DNA of 64,000 bases from Gammaproteobacteria bacterium (GTDB lineage Bacteria > Pseudomonadota > Gammaproteobacteria > UBA4575). The stretch is from positions 1,873,448 through 1,937,447 of the forward strand of contig OZ241890.1 in assembly GCA_965203475.1 (NCBI GenBank), given 5' to 3'. Position 1 is the stretch's first letter. Each line of letters starts with the position of its first letter. Shown piece by piece: positions 58,736 through 64,000 of the stretch. Below the pieces are notes generated by a model. That model worked only from the letters and a program-made list of their open reading frames with translations, was not told the DNA's origin and did not search any database. A program made the translations under genes and the position numbers.

Positions 58736-59248
58736 TTAATTAATCAAATGTTGATATGAGAACAAATGATTCGTAGTCGTTAATGGTGCATGACATGCTC
58801 GACACTCATTTAAATCTTTCTCAGCCAAAGAACCATCAGGTTTGAAAGCTGCAAAATCCCAATCTTCATTTTTTAAACCATCAGGTAAATTATCGCTGAA
58901 CCCTTTTTCTCGTTGCATTACAGCAATCAATACAAATTTATCTCTGACTCTTCGATTTAAATTACTAGTTATAATTTTGCCTTCTTTATCTTTTTTAGCT
59001 TTATATACTTCAGCTACCAAAACAGAACCATATGGTAGTTTTCCATCTTCACCAGGACCTTGCATAGCTATGTCATTCGCAAATATACGGATAGTCTGAT
59101 CAGGATTCATCAAACGGTCATTACTTACATAGTTAGTAAACGTAGATCTATAATCCACCGGTAGTTGAATATTGTTGTTCCCACTAATTGCCAATGAAAT
59201 TGTAAATGTATAAAAAATTGCAATATAACTAAGTAATCTAATCATCAC
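58736..59248 (-). CDS. cytochrome P460 / c'-beta family periplasmic heme protein
   Basis: 170 aa with a signal peptide and a single C-terminal CRACH. The W.FA.F..DG...C..CH context is typical of the P460 family. Confidence 0.65.
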   Translation of the reverse strand: MMIRLLSYIAIFYTFTISLAISGNNNIQLPVDYRSTFTNYVSNDRLMNPDQTIRIFANDIAMQGPGEDGKLPYGSVLVAEVYKAKKDKEGKIITSNLNRRVRDKFVLIAVMQREKGFSDNLPDGLKNEDWDFAAFKPDGSLAEKDLNECRACHAPLTTTNHLFSYQHLIN

Positions 59249-59341
59249 TCTTCTCCTTTTCTTTCAGTATGGCAGCGACACCTGCACAGTCAGTGGGAAC
59301 AACCGTCTTAGTGCCAAAATTCATAACAGAATAAGTCTATT

Positions 59342-59382
59342 AAAATATGTATAATATATACTTTATATATTATACATATTTT
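59342..59382. promoter_or_regulatory. perfect 41-bp palindrome (19-bp arms, 3-nt spacer) in a divergent promoter region
   Basis: AAAATATGTATAATATATA-ctt-TATATATTATACATATTTT. I verified the arms base by base as exact reverse complements. Confidence 0.7.
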
Positions 59383-59434
59383 TTGATATACTCTAAATGA
59401 CCATTAAAAACATATACATAGCGATTATTGTCTT

Positions 59435-60040
59435 ATGGGCACTCCCAAGAAAATTGTCGACCTTTTAAATCGAAAGGCTTGGACGGTTAATGAGATTGCA
59501 AAAGAGCTTTCCATTTCGAGGAATGCTGCTCATCTTCAAATAAGTAAACTTGAAGCGATGGGTATCGTTGAAAAAAATACACAGCGCCCCCCAAAAGGCG
59601 CTGGAAAACCAGCACATGAATTCCGCACCGTTGCAGGATATGAAGACGCTTTTTCAACAGCGTATAGGCCGTTAATCGATGTGTTAATTCAAACAATGGC
59701 AAATAATTTAAGCACCAATGAGCGTTTAAATTTATTCGAGAAAACTGGTCGAGCGTTAGCTAAAAATGCGGGTTTGCAACCAAGTCATGATGTGCTTAAA
59801 GATATTCAAAATGCGATAATTAAAGTAAATAGCCTTGGCGCAATGGCAGAATTAAATTGCGAAAATGATGAAAACTATATTAGTTGTCATAGTTGTCCTG
59901 TAGCAACATTAGTACATAAAGAACCATTAACGTGTGATTTGGTAGCTTCTTTTTTTTCTGAAGCAACAGGTAATAAAGTCACTGTAAAATGCAATCGCGA
60001 TAAAACTGTTGTTTGTGGATTCCTTGTTGGAAAATCATGA
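59435..60040 (+). CDS. ArsR-like winged-HTH regulator with a Cys-containing C-terminal domain
   Basis: 201 aa with an N-terminal wHTH (I..LL....WTVNEIA.ELSISRNA...H...L...GIV). The C-terminal region carries the Cys residues C..E....SCHSCP...C. Confidence 0.6.
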   Translation: MGTPKKIVDLLNRKAWTVNEIAKELSISRNAAHLQISKLEAMGIVEKNTQRPPKGAGKPAHEFRTVAGYEDAFSTAYRPLIDVLIQTMANNLSTNERLNLFEKTGRALAKNAGLQPSHDVLKDIQNAIIKVNSLGAMAELNCENDENYISCHSCPVATLVHKEPLTCDLVASFFSEATGNKVTVKCNRDKTVVCGFLVGKS

Positions 60041-60133
60041 AAATTTAATTTCAGAATTGTTAACAAATGACCGATAGTGGAAATTAAGATCATCTAACTT
60101 TAATCTGATACAATATCCTTGTTGTAACTCTTA

Positions 60134-60230
60134 TTCGCGCGGTCGCTCCCGACTTCCTGTCTCCCGCGACACTTGTGCGTCCATGCACATCGTCCTGTGC
60201 TCAGGTCGAAAGCAGACATTTTAAAAGAAA
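60134..60230 (-). repeat. repeat copy A5a (inverted left arm of the A element with an insertion of about 35 nt)
   Basis: gtaactcttattcgcgc...gtgcgtccatgcaca...ctcaggtcgaaagcagacatt is approximately the reverse complement of A1 29484-29533. The hairpin is kept as tgtgc-gtccat-gcaca. Confidence 0.7.
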
Positions 60231-60250
60231 AGAATAAACTGCTCGAATCG

Positions 60251-60277
60251 GCAGAAAATTGTTCCTGCATTTTCTGC
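60251..60277 (-). terminator. hairpin downstream of recG
   Basis: Arms gcagaaaat / attttctgc (9 bp) with a 9-nt loop. On the minus strand the T-rich tract begins only after about 12 nt. Confidence 0.35.
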
Positions 60278-60302
60278 ACTTCCCACTTCCATGTAGGTCG
60301 TC

Positions 60303-60325
60303 CATGATTCGACTCATATTCGCTT
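60303..60325 (-). repeat. repeat fragment A5b
   Basis: A 23-nt exact reverse complement of A4 positions 58621-58643 (aagcgaatatgagtcgaatcatg). Confidence 0.8.
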
Positions 60326-60336
60326 AACCCTTACCC

Positions 60337-62439
60337 TCATACCTGCCCAAACTCTATAGATTTTCCTAACCATCGTTCAATAATTGCATCTACTCGTTGT
60401 AGATCATCGTTAAGTAAAGACTTTGCAGTTTGTTGCACTAAGGGAATTAAATCTTGATCACGCATAATGTTGGCAATGCGCAATTGCAACATGCCGGTTT
60501 GGCGTGTACCTAACACTTCTCCAGGCCCACGAATTTCTAAATCCACCCGTGCAATCTTGAAACCATCATTCGTGTTACGCATGGTGTCGATACGTAGTTT
60601 GGCATTTTCGGTAAGTGGTGGATCAAACACTAATACACACGAACTTTCTTCACTGCCTCGCCCTACGCGACCCCGCAATTGGTGCAACTGTGCCAACCCC
60701 AAACGTTCAGCATTTTCGATAATCATTAAACTCGCATTTGGAACATCTACGCCTACTTCAATTACCGTCGTTGCCACTAACAAATCAATTTTTCGGTTCG
60801 AAAACTGCTGCATTACAGCATCTTTTTCTTTACCTTTCATACGGCCATGTACCAGGCCCACTTTCACACCACGTAATAACTGGCTTAATTCACGATAAAC
60901 ATCTTCTGCTGCCTGACATTGCATCGCTTCTGACTCTTCTACCAAGGTGCACACCCAATAGGCCTGTTGTCCATTTCGACAAGCTTTGGCTACACGCTCT
61001 ACTACTTCATTTCTGCGTTCCATAGGAATGGCAATGGTTGTAATGGGTTTGCGCCCGGGAGGCAATTCATCCACCACAGAATAATCAAGATCCGCATAGG
61101 CTGTCATGGCCAAGGTTCTTGGAATAGGTGTTGCCGTCATAATAAGTTGGTGCGGGTGAAATTCATTTTGAATACCTTTTTCACGTAAGGCTAAACGTTG
61201 ATGCACACCAAAACGATGTTGTTCATCGATTACCACTAAAGCTAAATTCTTAAATTCGACACCTTGTTGAAACAAAGCATGGGTGCCAACGATAGCATTC
61301 GCGGTGCCAGTTGCAATGAGCGCTTTCATTTCATTACTTTTGCTTGCCGTAAGCTTGCCGGACAACCAGGCTAGACGAATACCATAGGGTTCTAACCAAT
61401 TCGAAAAATTCCGCAAATGTTGTTCGGCTAAAATTTCAGTAGGTGCCATGACAACAGCCTGATAACCGGCTTCAATCACTTGCATACAAGCGGCAATGGC
61501 AATTAACGTTTTCCCGCTACCTACATCACCTTGCACCAGTCGCAACATGGGATATTCATTTTCTAAATCTTCAAAAATCGTTTGAATTACTCTTTTCTGT
61601 GCACCCGTTAAGTCAAATGCCAAATCATTACCAAGTTGATTAAATAATTTTCCTTCGACTTGTACCTCTACTGCTTGATGTTTTTGTGCTTGCAACCGAA
61701 GTTTGGATAAACTTAATTGTTGAGCTAATAATTCTTCAAAGGCTAAACGACGCTGCATGGCATGTTTGCCTTCCGCCAACGCTTCGGTATCAGCTTCAGG
61801 AGGTGGGCGATGAACAAACTTGAGCGCATCTTTAATAGACACGCGTTGCCCATCAATCTCGGGCGGCATGGGAAGCAAATCCAACTCAGGTATGTTCTCA
61901 CTGTCTACCCACTTCAATGCTTGGGAAGTCAAACGTCGTAAGCTGAGTTGATGCAATCCTTCAGTTGTGGCGTAAATAGGTGTGAGGTGATCTTCAACTT
62001 TGGGAACAGCATCTTTATCTTGTATTTCATATTCAGGATGCACCATTTCAGGCCCTTTAATACCTTGGCGAATTTCACCAAAACATCGAATGGAAACACC
62101 ACGTGCCAGACTTTCACGCTGACTATTATTAAAGTAAAAAAAACGTAACAACACACGGCCGGTTCCATCTTCCACACTTACCAATAGCATACGACGTTTT
62201 CGGTATACCACCTCACTATGTTCCACAGTGCCTATCACTACACATTCATCACCAGGACGTAATGCCGCAACGGAACGTATACGTGTGCGATCCTGATAGC
62301 GAATTGGTAAATGAAAAAGCAAATCCTGCAAGGTGAAAATCTGCAGGCGTTGCAAACGCTCAGCAACTTTCGGCCCAACACCTTTTAAGGTTTCAACCGA
62401 GGGAAAAGCTTTATTTTGCAAAGAAACAGTAGGAACCAC
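60337..62439 (-). CDS. recG: ATP-dependent DNA helicase RecG
   Basis: 700 aa with a wedge domain and SF2 helicase motifs GDVGSGKT, DEQHRFG and TATPIPRT. Confidence 0.95.
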   Translation of the reverse strand: MVPTVSLQNKAFPSVETLKGVGPKVAERLQRLQIFTLQDLLFHLPIRYQDRTRIRSVAALRPGDECVVIGTVEHSEVVYRKRRMLLVSVEDGTGRVLLRFFYFNNSQRESLARGVSIRCFGEIRQGIKGPEMVHPEYEIQDKDAVPKVEDHLTPIYATTEGLHQLSLRRLTSQALKWVDSENIPELDLLPMPPEIDGQRVSIKDALKFVHRPPPEADTEALAEGKHAMQRRLAFEELLAQQLSLSKLRLQAQKHQAVEVQVEGKLFNQLGNDLAFDLTGAQKRVIQTIFEDLENEYPMLRLVQGDVGSGKTLIAIAACMQVIEAGYQAVVMAPTEILAEQHLRNFSNWLEPYGIRLAWLSGKLTASKSNEMKALIATGTANAIVGTHALFQQGVEFKNLALVVIDEQHRFGVHQRLALREKGIQNEFHPHQLIMTATPIPRTLAMTAYADLDYSVVDELPPGRKPITTIAIPMERRNEVVERVAKACRNGQQAYWVCTLVEESEAMQCQAAEDVYRELSQLLRGVKVGLVHGRMKGKEKDAVMQQFSNRKIDLLVATTVIEVGVDVPNASLMIIENAERLGLAQLHQLRGRVGRGSEESSCVLVFDPPLTENAKLRIDTMRNTNDGFKIARVDLEIRGPGEVLGTRQTGMLQLRIANIMRDQDLIPLVQQTAKSLLNDDLQRVDAIIERWLGKSIEFGQV

Positions 62440-62486
62440 TTTGTTTGCGTGGTGTTCTTTAATTGATGTAGTGGGTAGGCTTATGG

Positions 62487-62867
62487 TTAAAGCTCCATAA
62501 TGGCGTCCATTTCCACGCCGACATCTTTGGGCAACGATGCAACACCTATTGCTGCACGCGCTGGATATGGTTGGATAAAATATTCCGCCATAATTTCATT
62601 CACTGTTGGGAAATGCGTTAAGTCTGTTAAAAATATATTGAGTTTTGCAATGTCATTTAGTGTTCCGCCCGCCGCTTGCGCAACTGCTTGCAAATTTCTA
62701 AACACTTGATGAATTTGTGTACCCATATCTCCTGCTACAACTTCCATAGAAGCAGGGTCTAAAGGAATTTGTCCTGACATATATACCGTTGTGCCAACTT
62801 TTACCGCCTGTGAATAGGTGCCAATGGCTTGTGGTGCGTTATCCGTTACAATAATTTCCCTCGACAT
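62487..62867 (-). CDS. ridA: RidA/YjgF family reactive-intermediate deaminase
   Basis: The start is set at [20 protein letters not shown] (ATG at 62867, with an aggagtg SD). The C-terminal motif is PARAAI.V..LP..V.VE. Confidence 0.88.
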   Translation of the reverse strand: MSREIIVTDNAPQAIGTYSQAVKVGTTVYMSGQIPLDPASMEVVAGDMGTQIHQVFRNLQAVAQAAGGTLNDIAKLNIFLTDLTHFPTVNEIMAEYFIQPYPARAAIGVASLPKDVGVEMDAIMEL

Positions 62868-62891
62868 ATAACACTCCTGGTCAATTTTCAA

Positions 62892-64000
62892 TTAAATTCT
62901 TTTTACTTTATATATCTTTGGCATGTTCCGTATTGCTCGCATAATACGTGCCAGATGCACACGATCCTTAACTGTTAATACAACTGTGATGGTTGTGGTC
63001 GCTCCATATTTTTCATCAAATACAATGTTTTCAATATTTGATTTTTCATCTGAAATTTTTGCCGCTACCTGTGCTAGCACGCCTCGTTCATTTTCTGTAG
63101 TAATGGTAATTTCAGCGGTAAATTCTCCTGCTGAATCACTGGCCCAATACACCTGAATCCATTTGTCTTTACTTTTAGCTTTACTGTTTCTACATTTATT
63201 TTTATGTACAACTAATCCTTTTCCGCTGGTCATAACACCGACCACAGAATCTCCCGGTATTGGGTGACAGCATTTGGCAAAACTCACCACCATGCCTTCT
63301 GTACCACGAATAGCGAGTGGTTTTTTAGAATCAGTTTTGCGTCGCAACTTGATCCAACGTCCACGCAATGAGACCAAATGTTTGGCTACAAATGGAGCCA
63401 TTCGATTTCCCAAACCAATTTCTCGGTAAAGATCTTGTTCAGAATCGACATTCAATTCTTTTAATAATTTCGACATTTCACGACCACTTATATCGGTGAC
63501 ATCTTTTCCATAGGCACTTAGTGCTTGAGTTAATAAACGTTCACCGAGCCCGCAGGCTTCATTTTTTTGTAAATTCTTTAAATAGCTTCGAATATTGGAA
63601 CGCGCTTTTGCAGTAACAATAAAACTTAACCAGGCAGGATTTGGGCGGCCACTTGGAGATGTAACAATTTCTACAGATTGCCCATTGCTCAGCACGGTAC
63701 TCAAAGGTTCTAAACGTCGATTGATTTTAGCCGCCACACAGTGATTTCCAATATCCGTGTGTACAGCATAGGCAAAGTCCACTGCAGTTGCGTTAATAGG
63801 CAGCTCCATAATATCGCCCATGGGGGTGAACACATAAATTTCATCTCGATATAAATCAACTTTTACACTTTCTAAAAATTCTAAAGAACTACCTGAACGA
63901 TGTTGCATTTCTGAAACAGTATTCAACCACTCACGAGTTCTAGCATGTGATGCAGAATGTTCATCGTCACCTTCTTTATACATCCAGTGTGCTGCAATTC
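62892..64000 (-). CDS. spoT: bifunctional (p)ppGpp synthetase/hydrolase SpoT/RelA, C-terminal part (N-terminus lies beyond the window)
   Basis: The frame is open to nt 64000. It contains TGS (VFTP.G....LP.GAT..DFAYAVHT..G), a conserved Cys region and an ACT domain. The spoT-ridA-recG order matches Pseudomonas. Confidence 0.9.
   Translation of the reverse strand, partial: IAAHWMYKEGDDEHSASHARTREWLNTVSEMQHRSGSSLEFLESVKVDLYRDEIYVFTPMGDIMELPINATAVDFAYAVHTDIGNHCVAAKINRRLEPLSTVLSNGQSVEIVTSPSGRPNPAWLSFIVTAKARSNIRSYLKNLQKNEACGLGERLLTQALSAYGKDVTDISGREMSKLLKELNVDSEQDLYREIGLGNRMAPFVAKHLVSLRGRWIKLRRKTDSKKPLAIRGTEGMVVSFAKCCHPIPGDSVVGVMTSGKGLVVHKNKCRNSKAKSKDKWIQVYWASDSAGEFTAEITITTENERGVLAQVAAKISDEKSNIENIVFDEKYGATTTITVVLTVKDRVHLARIMRAIRNMPKIYKVKRI

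Overview
This is an AT-rich chromosomal segment from a gammaproteobacterium. From memory, its gene order closely resembles the Pseudomonas/Oceanospirillales-type backbone: speA/speE, porin-glnK-amtB, ubiK-comM, dsbA-cc4-engB-polA-thrB, uvrD, ubiE-ubiJ-ubiB, hslVU, xerC-DUF484-dapF-lysA-lptM, argH-algZ-algR-hemCDXY and spoT-ridA-recG. Most of the window is densely packed housekeeping coding sequence. I saw no rRNA, tRNA, CRISPR array or transposase gene.

Five things stand out from that backbone:

1. A family of structured repeats of about 121 nt has at least five copies, two of which share 95 identical bp. The copies sit only at the edges of two small accessory islands.
   - Island 1 (about 28.8-30.8 kb) consists of three same-strand ORF-plus-repeat modules headed by an AAC(3)-I-like acetyltransferase. 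It looks like an integron cassette array but has no integrase and no canonical attC core sites.
   - Island 2 (about 58.6-60.3 kb) carries a cytochrome P460-family gene and a divergent ArsR-like regulator. The two genes are separated by a perfect 41-bp palindrome.
2. A candidate sRNA of about 110 nt lies on the minus strand in the engB-polA gap. It has a sigmaE/AlgU-type promoter, three hairpins (one with a CU-rich loop) and a clean intrinsic terminator. This is the locus that holds Spot 42 in enterics and ErsA in Pseudomonas.
3. A 10-gene Mrp-like cluster has the order E-F-G-DUF4040-B-C-D-D-small-D, like the membrane arm of Mbh-type complexes. It has three antiporter-like subunits and no redox module.
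4. Several promoters and operators are readable directly from the sequence: sigma54 plus NtrC sites for porin-glnK-amtB, sigma32 for hslVU, and a 16-bp palindrome upstream of a DUF1348-TetR-DUF3050 operon.
5. A small accessory block at about 54-58.6 kb contains NTF2-like, Rieske, BASS, DUF1272, DUF1348, TetR and DUF3050 genes.

All functional calls rest on my recognition of motifs in the translated ORFs. No database search was possible.
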